From Gammaproteobacteria bacterium (GTDB lineage Bacteria; Pseudomonadota; Gammaproteobacteria; CBDBNL01; JAAOII01): a DNA stretch of 64,000 nt. The notes beneath the pieces are model-generated. The model searched no databases and was not told the origin of the DNA. It saw only the letters and a list, made by a program, of their open reading frames with translations. The DNA lies in NCBI GenBank assembly GCA_965209035.1, contig OZ242372.1, positions 1,632,001 to 1,696,000 on the forward strand, read 5' to 3'. The position numbers and the translations under genes were made by a program. Of the stretch, positions 25,921-36,438 are shown in pieces; the first letter of the stretch is position 1, and every line of letters begins with the position of its first letter.

Positions 25921-27138
25921 ATGTCAAAATCTAAAAAAAGAGGGGATAGCCCCGGCAAGCAGACGCTGGCAATTCGTTGTCAGTTGCCGCGCAGCCAACA
26001 GCGGGAGCATTCGGTTCCCGTTTATCTGACTTCCAGTTTTGTTTTTGATGATGCCGAATATGCGCGCAGCCTGTTTGCGCGCGAAAGGGAGGGCAACAAC
26101 TATGGCAGGTACCATGCGCCGAATGTCGCCGAGTTCACAAATAAAATGGCATCTCTGGAAGAAGCGGAAACGGGCGTCGGGTTTGCGACGGGTATGGCGG
26201 CTCTGTTCACCGCTATCATGGCCCACAGCAAGAGCGGGCAAAAGATTGTGGCGTCGCGTTGTCTCTTCGGATCCACGGTGCAAATTCTGACTCGCCTTTT
26301 ACCGCAGTGGGGTATGTCCTGTGCGTTTGTGGACAATACCGCGCCTATGGATGCTTGGGCGCGGGAACTGGATGGTGACACGAGTCTGTGTCTTATTGAA
26401 ACGCCGTCAAACCCGACATTGGATGTCACCGACATCGCGGCTCTGGCGGAAGTTTGTCGGGCAAGGGAGGTGCCGTTTTTGGTGGATAACGCATATGGCA
26501 CGCCTTTTTTACAAAACCCGATTGGATTGGGGGCGGATATGGTGATGCATTCGGCAACAAAATACATAGACGGGCAGGGCCGGTCTATGGGGGGTGTTGT
26601 GGTCGGTTCCAAGAAGCATCTCGGCCCTTTGAATTTTATGTTGCGCCATACGGGACCAAGTTTGTCGCCGTTCAATGCCTGGTTGCTTAGCAAGAGTCTG
26701 GAGCATCTGCAGTTACGGATGGAGAGGCACTGCGATAATGCGGAAAAACTGGTGAGCTGCTTGGCGGCGCATCCCAAGGTGGCGCGTGTCCTTTATCCGT
26801 TTGCGGCGGATAATCCGGGAGAGGCGGTCGCCCGGCGACAGATGCGGCGCGGCGGCGGGATGCTGAGTTTTGTTGTTAAAGGAGCGACACCGACCGAACG
26901 CCGGCGAAATGCCTATGCGATGCTTGACGGTTTGAAAATGTGTTCGCTCTCCGCCAACCTGGGCGATACGCGCACGATTGTCACGCATCCGTCCACGACG
27001 ACGCATAGTTCCTTGAATGAGGAAGAACGAGAGCGGATGGGCATAGACGAAGGCATGATCCGGGTTTCGGTTGGTTTGGAGGATAGCGAGGATATTCTTG
27101 CGGATTTTGACGACGCTCTCGGAGCAATGCCGGCATGA
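25921..27138 (+). CDS. metZ: O-succinylhomoserine sulfhydrylase
   Basis: PLP trans-sulfuration fold: EHSVPVYLTSSFVF, IETPSNP, HSATKYIDGQGR and NLGDTRTIVTHP. Confidence 0.9.
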   Translation: MSKSKKRGDSPGKQTLAIRCQLPRSQQREHSVPVYLTSSFVFDDAEYARSLFAREREGNNYGRYHAPNVAEFTNKMASLEEAETGVGFATGMAALFTAIMAHSKSGQKIVASRCLFGSTVQILTRLLPQWGMSCAFVDNTAPMDAWARELDGDTSLCLIETPSNPTLDVTDIAALAEVCRAREVPFLVDNAYGTPFLQNPIGLGADMVMHSATKYIDGQGRSMGGVVVGSKKHLGPLNFMLRHTGPSLSPFNAWLLSKSLEHLQLRMERHCDNAEKLVSCLAAHPKVARVLYPFAADNPGEAVARRQMRRGGGMLSFVVKGATPTERRRNAYAMLDGLKMCSLSANLGDTRTIVTHPSTTTHSSLNEEERERMGIDEGMIRVSVGLEDSEDILADFDDALGAMPA

Positions 27139-28667
27139 CGCGCGTTGTGCCGGTGATTCTTGCGGCGGGCCGCGGGACGCGCATGCGAGCAAGCCGACCG
27201 AAGGTGCTGTTGCCTCTCGGCGGTGTTCCCATTATTCGCCATTGTCTTGCCAAAGCAACGGCCGCCGTTTCCGCCGCCGATGAAATCCGCCCGGTGATCG
27301 GCTACGGCGAGAAGGAGGTGCGCGCCCTGTTGGATGAAACGGACAGCCGGGGTGTCCCGGTTGTACCAACTGTGCAAAAGGAGCAACTGGGCAGCGGTCA
27401 TGCCTTGGAGCTGGCTGTTCGCTCTCTTAACAAAGAGGATATCGTCCTGGTGCTGTATGGCGATGCCCCCCTGATTCGACCTGCCACATTAAAACGATTA
27501 ACGGCTATTGCCCGGAAGCAAAAGGCAGTCTGGCTCGGCGCCCGAATGGAAAAACCGCAGGGCTACGGCCGCATTGTCCGCGATGCGAGCGGCAACCCTT
27601 GTGCCATTACGGAAGAGCGGGATTGCTCGCCGGAGCAACGCGCACTGAAGGAAGTGAACACCGGCTTCATGGCGGCCCGGGCGGGACCTTTGCGTGTGTG
27701 GCTTAAGAGAATACTTGCCACCGAAAGAAAAAATGACCAAAAAGAATATCTTTTGACCGATGTGATGCAACATGCATACGCCGATTCATACCCGATAGAG
27801 GTACTGTGCTGTGAAAATGATTACGAATACCTGGGTGCCAATGATCTCGTTCAGTTGGCACAATTGGAGAAGTTGTTACAAGACCAACGCAAGGAGGCAT
27901 TGGCGCGTCAAGGAGTTTACCTGATGCATGCGGATAGTCTGTGTATCCTGGGCGAGGAAAAGAGTTTGCGTGTTGGGCGGGATGTTTGCATAGGAGCAAA
28001 TGTGGTCTTGTCGGGGCGGGTGCGTTTGGGAGACGATGTGGCGGTCGGCTGTGGCAGTTTTGTTCGCCAAACGACCATCGGCGACAGAACGCGCCTGTTG
28101 GAATTTTGCCATCTGGACGATGCGCGTATCGGCAAAGAATGTGTCCTGGGACCCTTCGCGCGTCTGCGACCGGGCAGCCGTCTTAAAGACCGAGTGCATA
28201 TCGGAAACTTTGTTGAAGTTAAAAACAGCGACATACTGGAAGGAAGCAAAGTGAGTCATTTAAGTTACCTGGGAGACGCTCGCATTGGCAAGCATGCCAA
28301 CATAGGCGCCGGCACGATTACGTGCAATTATGACGGTGTTCGCAAGCATCGGACCCGGATCGGAGAAGCCGCCTTTGTCGGCTCCAATACGGCCCTTGTC
28401 GCTCCCGTTACGATTGGCAAGGGGGCGGTTATCGGCGCGGGTTCCGTCATCAATAAGGATGTGGCGGCCGGCAGTTTGGCGTTGGAAAGGAGCAGACAGC
28501 GGGAAATGAAGAACTATGCGCCGGGTATCTCGAAAACCTCCAAAAGTTCCGGCAACTCTAAAAGCTCTAAAAGCCCCAAAAGTTTGGAGAGAAAAGACAA
28601 ACACTCGGCAAAAGTCGGGCGACCCGCGCAACCAAAACGCAGTGATTTGAAAAAGCGCAGCGATTGA
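27135..28667 (+). CDS. glmU: Bifunctional UDP-GlcNAc pyrophosphorylase/glucosamine-1-P acetyltransferase
   Basis: LAAGRGTRM, GYGRIVR, EYLLTD, GPFARLRP, HLSYLGDA and GAGTITCNYDG, with an extra basic tail. Confidence 0.98.
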   Translation: MTRVVPVILAAGRGTRMRASRPKVLLPLGGVPIIRHCLAKATAAVSAADEIRPVIGYGEKEVRALLDETDSRGVPVVPTVQKEQLGSGHALELAVRSLNKEDIVLVLYGDAPLIRPATLKRLTAIARKQKAVWLGARMEKPQGYGRIVRDASGNPCAITEERDCSPEQRALKEVNTGFMAARAGPLRVWLKRILATERKNDQKEYLLTDVMQHAYADSYPIEVLCCENDYEYLGANDLVQLAQLEKLLQDQRKEALARQGVYLMHADSLCILGEEKSLRVGRDVCIGANVVLSGRVRLGDDVAVGCGSFVRQTTIGDRTRLLEFCHLDDARIGKECVLGPFARLRPGSRLKDRVHIGNFVEVKNSDILEGSKVSHLSYLGDARIGKHANIGAGTITCNYDGVRKHRTRIGEAAFVGSNTALVAPVTIGKGAVIGAGSVINKDVAAGSLALERSRQREMKNYAPGISKTSKSSGNSKSSKSPKSLERKDKHSAKVGRPAQPKRSDLKKRSD

Positions 28668-28673
28668 AATAGG

Positions 28674-31511
28674 ATGACAAAAGAAAACACACCCGATTAC
28701 CGACCCACTTTAAATTTGCCGCGGACCGATTTCCCGATGAAGGCAAACCTGCCGCAGCGCGAACCAAAAATCCTGGATCTCTGGCGGGAGGAAAACATTT
28801 ATGAGACGCTGCGCAAACAACGAGCGGGGGAGGAGAAATGGGTTTTGCATGACGGGCCGCCTTATGCGAACGGTCGCTTGCATATAGGACATGCGGTGAA
28901 TAAGATTCTTAAGGATATTATTGTGAAGAGTCGTTCGCTGGACGGCTATAACGCCCCTTATGTTCCCGGTTGGGATTGCCACGGCCTGCCCATAGAAGTT
29001 AATGTGGAGAAAAAACTGGGACGCCCCAAGACCGCGGACGAGGAGCGCGCATTTCGGCGGGCATGTCGCGACTATGCAACCCGCTGGTTGGGCATTCAAC
29101 GCGAAGAATTTAAGCGGATGGGGGTGATCGGCGATTGGGAAAATCCTTACATCACGATGGATGCAAAAATAGAAGCGAACATCATTCGCGCACTTGCCAA
29201 GGTTTACGTCAACGGCCATATTCATGCCGGCCACAAGCCGGTGCAGTGGTGTTTGCAATGCGGTTCGGCACTTGCCGAGGCCGAAGTGGAGTATACCGAA
29301 AAGACTTCTATGGCGATTGATGTAGGCTTTCCTCTGCCGAAAGACGAGGAAGAAAAATTGGCGAAAAGGATGCCCGCGGGCGATTCGTCTGTGCCGTTAT
29401 TTTTTGTGGTTTGGACCACCACTCCTTGGACGATCCCCGCCAATCGGGCAATTGCGGTGCATCCGGACATTACTTATGTTCTGTTGCAGGTGCGGGCGCG
29501 AGACAGAGTGCTCAGATTGCTGGTTGCGGCCGATGCGGCCGACGCCTTTGCGGAGAGGTGCGGCTTATCGGATGTTCGCCGAATTGGCGAAATTAAGGGC
29601 GAGCATTTGACGGGGCTGGTGCCGAGGCATCCCTTATACGGTCGCCCCGCGCCGGTTTTTCCGGGCGACTATGTGACAGTGGAAACAGGCACCGGGTTGG
29701 TGCATTCCGCGCCGGCATATGGCTTGGAAGATTTTGCCCTGGGACAAAAGAATTCTTTGCGGTTGGATAATCCGGTCAATGGCGCCGGCTATTACGCCAA
29801 GGACTATCCTTTGGTGGGAGGCTGGCATATCTTTAGAGACGAAGAAAAGATTTTGGATGCCTTGCAAAAAAGCGGCTTTCTTATTTACGGGGGACCCTAT
29901 CGGCATCAGTATCCGCATTGCTGGCGGCACAAAAAACCGACCATTTATCGTGCCACGGATCAATGGTTTGTTAGTATGCACAACGCGGGTCTGATGGATA
30001 AGGTCCTTGAGGAGACGCCCAAAATCAAGTGGGTGCCGGAATGGGGAAGAGAGCGCATAGAAGGAATGATGAAGAGCCGACCGGATTGGTGTATTTCCCG
30101 CCAGCGGCACTGGGGCGTTCCCATTCCGTTTTTGGTTCATCGCGAAACCGGCCAACCGCATCCGCAAACGGGCGAGCATCTTGAAATACTGGCAAAACGC
30201 ATGGAAAAAGACGGACTGGAAGCCTGGTATGATTTGCAAGTTGCCGATCTTCTCGGCGAGGATGCGGACGATTATATAAAAAGCCGCCATATCCTGGATG
30301 TTTGGTTTGACTCCGGCACGACGCATTACACGGTGCTGCGCCAACGACCGCGGCTGCAATACCCGGCGGATCTGTATCTGGAAGGTTCGGACCAGCATCG
30401 CGGTTGGTTTCAGTCTTCTTTGTTGGCGGGAGTGGCGATGGATAACAAGGCGCCTTATAAGGGAGTTTTGACACACGGTTTTGCGGTGGACGGCGAAGGG
30501 CGCAAGATGTCCAAGTCTGTCGGCAATATTATTGAGCCGCAGGAAGTGATTGCAAAACTGGGGGCGGATGTTTTGCGTTTGTGGGTGGCATCCGCGGACT
30601 ATGTTAATGAGATGTCCATTTCGCCGGGCATCCTACATTCCGTAAGTGATATCTACCGCCGTATGCGCAATACGGCGCGATTCCTGTTGGCAAACTTGCA
30701 TGATTTTGATCCGCTCAAAGACAGCCTTGCGCCGGAGCAACAACTTTCTTTGGATCGTTGGATATTGGTGCGGGCTGCGGCATTGCAAGAAGAACTCGGG
30801 GAGGATTATCGCGCATACCGCTATGCCGCCGCCAGCCGCAAGTTGCACCAATTCTGTGTGCATGAACTGGGCGGTTTTTACTTGGATATCATCAAGGATC
30901 GCCAATACACGGCTATGGCCGACAGCCCCATTCGTCGTTCGGCACAAACATCTATTTTTCTGCTGCTGGATGCCCTGGCGCGTTGGCTCGCACCCTTGCT
31001 GAGTTTTACGGCCGAAGAGATTTGGCAGCATCTTCCCGGTGAACGAGAAGCAAGTGTTCTTTTTGCCCGGTGGCATGAGAATCTTTCCCCGGGAGAAGGT
31101 CGGGGCGGCCCCACTTCCGAACAGTGGGAAACCATTCTGCGTATCAAGCAGTGTGTCAACAAAGCCATAGAACAGGCACGCGATGCCAAGCAAATTGGCT
31201 CGGCCTTGGAAGCCGAATTGGATCTTTTTTGTGAAGGCGATCTATACAACGCCTTGGATGCCCCGGGGGACGAACTGCGCTTCATTTTGATTACCTCGGC
31301 GGCCCGGCTTAGACCATTGAGCGATGCCCCGCCGGATGCGATCCTAACGGATATTCCGCAACTGAAATTGAAACTCAGCGTTTCCGAGCACACCAAGTGC
31401 CCGCGCTGTTGGCACAGAGTTCCCGCCGGGCGGGACAAGCGGCATCCGTTACTCTGTGCGCGCTGTGTTGCCAATGTTTGCGGCGACGGCGAAACTCGGC
31501 GGCACGGTTAA
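28674..31511 (+). CDS. ileS: Isoleucine--tRNA ligase
   Basis: PPYANGRLHIGH, WTTTPWT, KMSKS and a C-terminal CPRC...CARC zinc finger. Confidence 0.99.
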   Translation: MTKENTPDYRPTLNLPRTDFPMKANLPQREPKILDLWREENIYETLRKQRAGEEKWVLHDGPPYANGRLHIGHAVNKILKDIIVKSRSLDGYNAPYVPGWDCHGLPIEVNVEKKLGRPKTADEERAFRRACRDYATRWLGIQREEFKRMGVIGDWENPYITMDAKIEANIIRALAKVYVNGHIHAGHKPVQWCLQCGSALAEAEVEYTEKTSMAIDVGFPLPKDEEEKLAKRMPAGDSSVPLFFVVWTTTPWTIPANRAIAVHPDITYVLLQVRARDRVLRLLVAADAADAFAERCGLSDVRRIGEIKGEHLTGLVPRHPLYGRPAPVFPGDYVTVETGTGLVHSAPAYGLEDFALGQKNSLRLDNPVNGAGYYAKDYPLVGGWHIFRDEEKILDALQKSGFLIYGGPYRHQYPHCWRHKKPTIYRATDQWFVSMHNAGLMDKVLEETPKIKWVPEWGRERIEGMMKSRPDWCISRQRHWGVPIPFLVHRETGQPHPQTGEHLEILAKRMEKDGLEAWYDLQVADLLGEDADDYIKSRHILDVWFDSGTTHYTVLRQRPRLQYPADLYLEGSDQHRGWFQSSLLAGVAMDNKAPYKGVLTHGFAVDGEGRKMSKSVGNIIEPQEVIAKLGADVLRLWVASADYVNEMSISPGILHSVSDIYRRMRNTARFLLANLHDFDPLKDSLAPEQQLSLDRWILVRAAALQEELGEDYRAYRYAAASRKLHQFCVHELGGFYLDIIKDRQYTAMADSPIRRSAQTSIFLLLDALARWLAPLLSFTAEEIWQHLPGEREASVLFARWHENLSPGEGRGGPTSEQWETILRIKQCVNKAIEQARDAKQIGSALEAELDLFCEGDLYNALDAPGDELRFILITSAARLRPLSDAPPDAILTDIPQLKLKLSVSEHTKCPRCWHRVPAGRDKRHPLLCARCVANVCGDGETRRHG

Positions 31512-31519
31512 ACCGCGAT

Positions 31520-32107
31520 TTAACTTTTACCGAGAAGAAACATCGCCTCTTGCCCCCAAAAGTTGGGGAAAAGAGAACCGGCCGGCCCGCCGCCCTTGAC
31601 AGTCTTGTCCTTAATCAATATTTTTTTTTGCCGACAGAGATGAGAGAAGTCCCGGATAGTGCAAAGATGAATATTGGGTGTTTCGTACCACGCATAAGGC
31701 AAGGCCTCGGATACGGGCATGCGACCGCGCAAGGTGAGGTATAACCGATGTTGCCAGTTACCAAAATTGGGAAAGGTGACAATGGCATTCTTGCCGATGC
31801 GCAGCATCTCGTTGAGCAGGCGGTCGGGTCGGCGGGCCGCATGCAGGGTGGAGGTTAACAGCGTGAAATCAAAACTCTTGTCGGCAAAGTTGTTCAATCC
31901 CAGATCAAAATTTTGTTCAATGACATTGACTCCCTTGCCCAAACATGCCGCAATGCAATTCGAATTGATTTCCAACCCGTAACCGCGCGCATTGTTTCTT
32001 TTTTTGAGCAGTTCCAAAAGAGTGCCATCACCGCAACCCAGATCGAGAACGCGCGTGCCATTTGGTACCCAACTCAAAATCTGTTCAAACTCATTAACTT
32101 GTGCCAT
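31520..32107 (-). CDS. metW: Methionine biosynthesis protein MetW
   Basis: VLDLGCGDG, VTFPNFG, GRMPVS and WYETPNIHLCT, immediately downstream of metX. Confidence 0.95.
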   Translation of the reverse strand: MAQVNEFEQILSWVPNGTRVLDLGCGDGTLLELLKKRNNARGYGLEINSNCIAACLGKGVNVIEQNFDLGLNNFADKSFDFTLLTSTLHAARRPDRLLNEMLRIGKNAIVTFPNFGNWQHRLYLTLRGRMPVSEALPYAWYETPNIHLCTIRDFSHLCRQKKILIKDKTVKGGGPAGSLFPNFWGQEAMFLLGKS

Positions 32108-32108
32108 G

Positions 32109-33260
32109 CTATTGCGTATCGGGGGCGGAGAAGTTGGATAAGAATAATCTCAGGCTGTTCACATATTCGGGCAAGGGGAACAGGAACGAATCGTGGCCGC
32201 TTTCGGTTTTAACCTCGGTGTAACTTACATTCTTGCCGGCACTGACCAGGTCTTCCACCATTTTGCGAGAGCCGGATGTGGGGAACCGCCAGTCGGTGGT
32301 AAAAGAGACAATCAAAAAAGAGCATTTGACAGGCGAGAGTGCCGCAACCGCGTCCCCGCCAAAATCGGCGGCGGGATCAAAGTAATCCAATGCCTTGGTC
32401 ATCAGCAGATAAGTATGCGGATTAAATTGTGCGGAAAACTTCTTCCCCTGATGACGCAAATAGTTTTCCACCTGAAAGTCCGGTTCAAACCCGTAGGACA
32501 ATTTTTCTTCGGTCAGTTTGCGACCGAACTTGCTGAGCATCGCATCTTCGGACAGATAGGTGATGTGCCCGATCATGCGGGCAATCATCAGACCATTTTT
32601 CCCTTCACCTTGCTTGTTTTTTCCAAACTCCGGATCTGTGAGAATCGCTTGCCGTGCCACTTCGTTAAAAGCAATGTTTTGAGCACTCAGCCGGAAGGCG
32701 CCGGCGATCAACACCGCCGCCCGCAGTCTGTCCGGGTAACTGATCGCCCATTGCAACGCTTGCATCGCGCCCAGACTGCCGCCAACGACGGCCGCCCAGC
32801 GTTTAATGCCGAGGGCATCGGCAAGTTTCGTTTGGCTGTTCACCCAATCCTTGACGGTGACTACGGGGAAATCGCCGCCGTAAGACTTGCCGGTTTTCGG
32901 GTTGATACTCGGCGGTCCGCTACTGCCGTCACAGCCGCCCAGGTTGTTGGATGCCACCACAAAAAAACGATCCGTGTCGATGGCTTTACCCGGACCGATC
33001 AGGTTATCCCACCAGCCCGGCTTGTTGTCCTGTTCGCCGTGATAGCCGGCGGCATGGTGATTGCCGCTGAGTGCGTGGCAGATTAAAACGGCATTGTCAG
33101 CCGCTCGATTTAGTTTGCCGTAGGTTTCATACATCAGGTCATAGTGTGGCAAAACCGCGCCGCCGCTTAGATGCAACGGCTCGCTTATATGCAGACGTCG
33201 CTCTTCTGTCAGCCCGACCGAATTGCGAAGCCACGCTTTGTTAGTCTTAATGGTCCCCAT
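32109..33260 (-). CDS. metX: Homoserine O-acyl(succinyl/acetyl)transferase
   Basis: [18 protein letters not shown] nucleophile, D-W-R-F and GHDSF. The start is trimmed to MGTIK. Confidence 0.95.
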   Translation of the reverse strand: MGTIKTNKAWLRNSVGLTEERRLHISEPLHLSGGAVLPHYDLMYETYGKLNRAADNAVLICHALSGNHHAAGYHGEQDNKPGWWDNLIGPGKAIDTDRFFVVASNNLGGCDGSSGPPSINPKTGKSYGGDFPVVTVKDWVNSQTKLADALGIKRWAAVVGGSLGAMQALQWAISYPDRLRAAVLIAGAFRLSAQNIAFNEVARQAILTDPEFGKNKQGEGKNGLMIARMIGHITYLSEDAMLSKFGRKLTEEKLSYGFEPDFQVENYLRHQGKKFSAQFNPHTYLLMTKALDYFDPAADFGGDAVAALSPVKCSFLIVSFTTDWRFPTSGSRKMVEDLVSAGKNVSYTEVKTESGHDSFLFPLPEYVNSLRLFLSNFSAPDTQ

Positions 33261-33394
33261 CTTTTTTATTTTATGTGTTTGCGTGAGCCAAGCGAAAGAG
33301 TGCGTCCGTATTCCGGCCGATATCATCTCGCATCCTCCCGATTTAACTTTCGGCAGACGAAAGGCCGGACAGTGCCGGGGATGAATGTGGCATA

Positions 33395-34438
33395 ATGAAG
33401 AAAATGAAAACCCTGACAGTTCTTGTTCAAGTTTCGGTGTTGAAGCGAACACTCGTGATGTTTGGGCTGCTTTGTCTTATTGTCACAGTGCTGCAACTTG
33501 CGGCGGCGATGAACGAAGTTCTGCGGGGCAAGTTGAACGGCGATGATCTGATTGTCAGCGTTCTGTTTGGTCTGATAAGTCAAAGCGGGTTATTCCTTGC
33601 AATCGGATATTTTTTGGCATTGTTCTCTTTTTTGACAAAACTTTACGGAGAGAACGAAATGCACATTCTTTTTACGATGGGGTTGAGCGAGAGGAGATTT
33701 CTTCTGTTGCTGTTGCCGCCCACCTTGTTGATTGCCGCGGCAGTCTCCGCCTTGGCGTTTTTTTTAACTCCTTTAAGCGCGACCTTGGTGGACAGTCTGT
33801 CCGTCACTCAGGTCCAAAGAAAACTACAGAATATGGAGGGGGGAGACATTCACTTTATCGGTAAGGATCTGGTCAGATTGCAGAACGGCAACCTACACTA
33901 TGCCCGCATGGGCGAGGAAGAGGCATTGATGATTGCCGGGATGATTGCCGGTGAAAAAGATTTTGAAGCAACAAAACTGGCGGGGTCTGTCACCCTGCGT
34001 ATCCGCAACGGTTCATGGTTATCTTGGCAACCGGGTAACACCGGCAGTGCGGGCAGTTTTGAGGCGGCGGAGTTTGTCTTGCAACCGGAGAACAAACTTC
34101 GGGGTTTGTTGCAATCTCGGCCGACACGGGAACTGTGGAACGGCAACAGCCGGGAACTTGCGGAGTTTTATCAGCGTTTGGCGGTGTGCCTGGCTGTCCC
34201 TGTTTCGCTTCCCTTGGCCATGGTCTTTAGCCGCAGAAAACCGAGGCAGAACAGTTGGCCGGCCACTCTCGGCGGTGTTCTGTGTTATCTTGTTTATATT
34301 CAGTTTGTGACGTTTGCGGTCGGGGTGATTCGCGGCGGCGGTGAGAGCGGCTTATTTTGGATCATTCAAGTCGGGGTTTTGGGCTTCTTCTTTTTATTTT
34401 TGTTGCCGAGAATTCGGTCCAAACTGTCGCATGCGTAA
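33395..34438 (+). CDS. lptF: LPS export ABC permease LptF (divergent)
   Basis: 3+3 TM topology, [17 protein letters not shown] motif and AEFYQRLA; paired with lptG. Confidence 0.8.
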   Translation: MKKMKTLTVLVQVSVLKRTLVMFGLLCLIVTVLQLAAAMNEVLRGKLNGDDLIVSVLFGLISQSGLFLAIGYFLALFSFLTKLYGENEMHILFTMGLSERRFLLLLLPPTLLIAAAVSALAFFLTPLSATLVDSLSVTQVQRKLQNMEGGDIHFIGKDLVRLQNGNLHYARMGEEEALMIAGMIAGEKDFEATKLAGSVTLRIRNGSWLSWQPGNTGSAGSFEAAEFVLQPENKLRGLLQSRPTRELWNGNSRELAEFYQRLAVCLAVPVSLPLAMVFSRRKPRQNSWPATLGGVLCYLVYIQFVTFAVGVIRGGGESGLFWIIQVGVLGFFFLFLLPRIRSKLSHA

Positions 34439-34462
34439 TATTCGTCAACATATTTATTGCCA

Positions 34463-35455
34463 ATGAAAAAAGTTTACCTGTATGCGGGTTACAAGATTTG
34501 TGCGGGCATTCTGACGGCCATGTTGGCAATCTTTGCCTTGACGCTTCTTTTGGAATCCGTCAAGTATTTTTATGCGGGAGACACTGCCAATTTTTGGCAT
34601 GACCTTCTAAGAAGAATGCCTTTGTTTTTGCTGGGGAGTGCGCCTGTCGGTTGTATTGTCGGCGGGGCGGTTAGTTTGCATCTTCTTTCAAAAAACGAAG
34701 AATTAACGGTGATGCGCTGTTTGGGTGTGAGCGGGTGGCGGTTGATTTGCCTTGTATCCGTTCCCGGTCTTTTTTTAGGGGTTTTGATGTTTTTATGGCT
34801 GGAAGCCGTGGCAATTCCGACCCATCGGTTTTATGAGACCGGCGAGGTAAACGCAAACAGGGTTACCGTCAGAGACGATGTGTGGTTTAATGCGGGAGAT
34901 ACTTTTTTCTTCTTTGAGACTCTTGAGATTCTGCCAAACCGGGAAAGAGCAATTGCGCGCAATGTTAACCGCATCACACTCAAAGAAAACAAAATTGCGG
35001 AATTTATGCATTTGGAAAAAGCCGAGTATACCAAACAAGGCAGTGTCACCCCGGGCTTTGCTCTTCCTTTAACTGTGTTGGAGTTGGTGGCGTTGCTGGG
35101 CGATAATACGCGCGCCCAATCGACCGCGGATCTTTGGCGTTTGACCCAAATTGATAATACGGGCAATCTGCGAGTGGAGTTAAAACTTTGGGATTTTTGG
35201 AGGCGAGTGAGCTGGCCGTTACTTTTTGCCACCTTTCTTCTTTTGATGGCCACGATGGCGCTTCGTTATGCGCCGCGCGGCGACCTGTTTAAGAATATTG
35301 TGTTTGCGATTGTTATCGGACTTTTGGCGGATATGTTGTTTACTTTGGCTTCTTTTGGGGGGATGATTTTAAATTTTCCCGTGGCAATTGCAAGTTTGCT
35401 GCCGATTCTTATTTGTGCTGCGGTGAGTATGCGCGTGATCCGACAAAAAACTTAA
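34463..35455 (+). CDS. lptG: LPS export ABC permease LptG (divergent)
   Basis: LSKNEELTVMRCLGVS motif, FWRRVSWP and 6-TM pattern. Confidence 0.8.
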   Translation: MKKVYLYAGYKICAGILTAMLAIFALTLLLESVKYFYAGDTANFWHDLLRRMPLFLLGSAPVGCIVGGAVSLHLLSKNEELTVMRCLGVSGWRLICLVSVPGLFLGVLMFLWLEAVAIPTHRFYETGEVNANRVTVRDDVWFNAGDTFFFFETLEILPNRERAIARNVNRITLKENKIAEFMHLEKAEYTKQGSVTPGFALPLTVLELVALLGDNTRAQSTADLWRLTQIDNTGNLRVELKLWDFWRRVSWPLLFATFLLLMATMALRYAPRGDLFKNIVFAIVIGLLADMLFTLASFGGMILNFPVAIASLLPILICAAVSMRVIRQKT

Positions 35456-35462
35456 ACGAATT

Positions 35463-36329
35463 TTAGCAAGAGTTCGCTTTTTCAAAACGAACACCTTCCT
35501 CAAAGAGTCCCCGCAGATTTTCTTTTTGATTTAATTGCTCCCACAAGCGGATTTGTGGCTTGGCGATGCGCAAATAGAATGCTGTTCGTATGGAAGTCGC
35601 AGGGCGGGCGGTTACTTTTTTTGTGCCTTTAATTTGTTGCATGTAAGCGGACAGACCCAGATCTTGCATTTTTTTCAAGGTTCTTTGGGCGGCATTCTCG
35701 GAATGAAAAACGGGAGCTTGCAGAAGATATCCCAGAGGGCTGTTTTCTTTCATTTGTTGATGAATTCCTTTTTCATGTAAAAAGTCGGATAATTTTTTGG
35801 CGGTATTAATATCCGAACGCACTCTGGCCGCAACAATATAACTTGCCCGAACCTGCGCGGCGGCGTCATTTTTTGTTTGCGCTGTTTTCGTTTCCCTGCG
35901 TTGTAACTCGGTGGTTACTCTTTTAATTTCCAGAATTTCTTTGTAAGTCAACGCAGTTTGAGCATCCGCGAAGGGTCCCACATCCAGGCAGTAGGTTGCG
36001 ACCGGCACGGGAATTTTGGGTTCCGGCAACCCGGTGCTTGTTGGCAAGGAGCCGTCCGCGGGCAAGATGAGATTTTTCAGAAGATTCCAAAGGTCCGCTA
36101 CAAAATCCCATACCTTGTCTATGGTGCGAGTGGCGGTATTGGGTGAGGCGATTGTCGGAATTTGTTGTCGGCGGGTCGTTAGCGAAAAAAGGTCCTCGTT
36201 GGCGGGGACGAGTTCGGCTTCTTGTTTTTCCGCGGTAATCTGTGTCGTCTTTGGTGTGCTAATTTTGTCCCAATTCAGCAGTAAGACGGCAAGATTAATG
36301 ATGATCAAGAAATAAAAGAATAAACGCAT
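35463..36329 (-). CDS. Membrane-anchored SPOR-like domain protein
   Basis: N-terminal anchor MRLFFYFLIIINL, CLDVGPF, SPOR-like FHSENAAQRTLKKMQDLGLSA and a terminal Cys. Confidence 0.6.
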   Translation of the reverse strand: MRLFFYFLIIINLAVLLLNWDKISTPKTTQITAEKQEAELVPANEDLFSLTTRRQQIPTIASPNTATRTIDKVWDFVADLWNLLKNLILPADGSLPTSTGLPEPKIPVPVATYCLDVGPFADAQTALTYKEILEIKRVTTELQRRETKTAQTKNDAAAQVRASYIVAARVRSDINTAKKLSDFLHEKGIHQQMKENSPLGYLLQAPVFHSENAAQRTLKKMQDLGLSAYMQQIKGTKKVTARPATSIRTAFYLRIAKPQIRLWEQLNQKENLRGLFEEGVRFEKANSC

Positions 36330-36398
36330 TTTAAAATAAAATCATTAAATTATAAACAATTTTGGAAAATATTGATATCGGGGACGGAACAACTATGG

Positions 36399-36434
36399 GC
36401 AAACAGGTTCGCAAACAGGTTCGCAAACAGGTTC
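36399..36434. repeat. 3 x 12-bp perfect tandem repeat
   Basis: GCAAACAGGTTC three times, just downstream of the lepA stop. Confidence 0.95.
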
Positions 36435-36438
36435 ACAG

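Noticed and set aside
33325-33400. SAM-II riboswitch-like words (GATTTAAC...AATGTGGC) near metX
   Set aside because: They are on the strand leading to lptF rather than metX, and the pseudoknot pairing is unconvincing. An Rfam scan would be needed.
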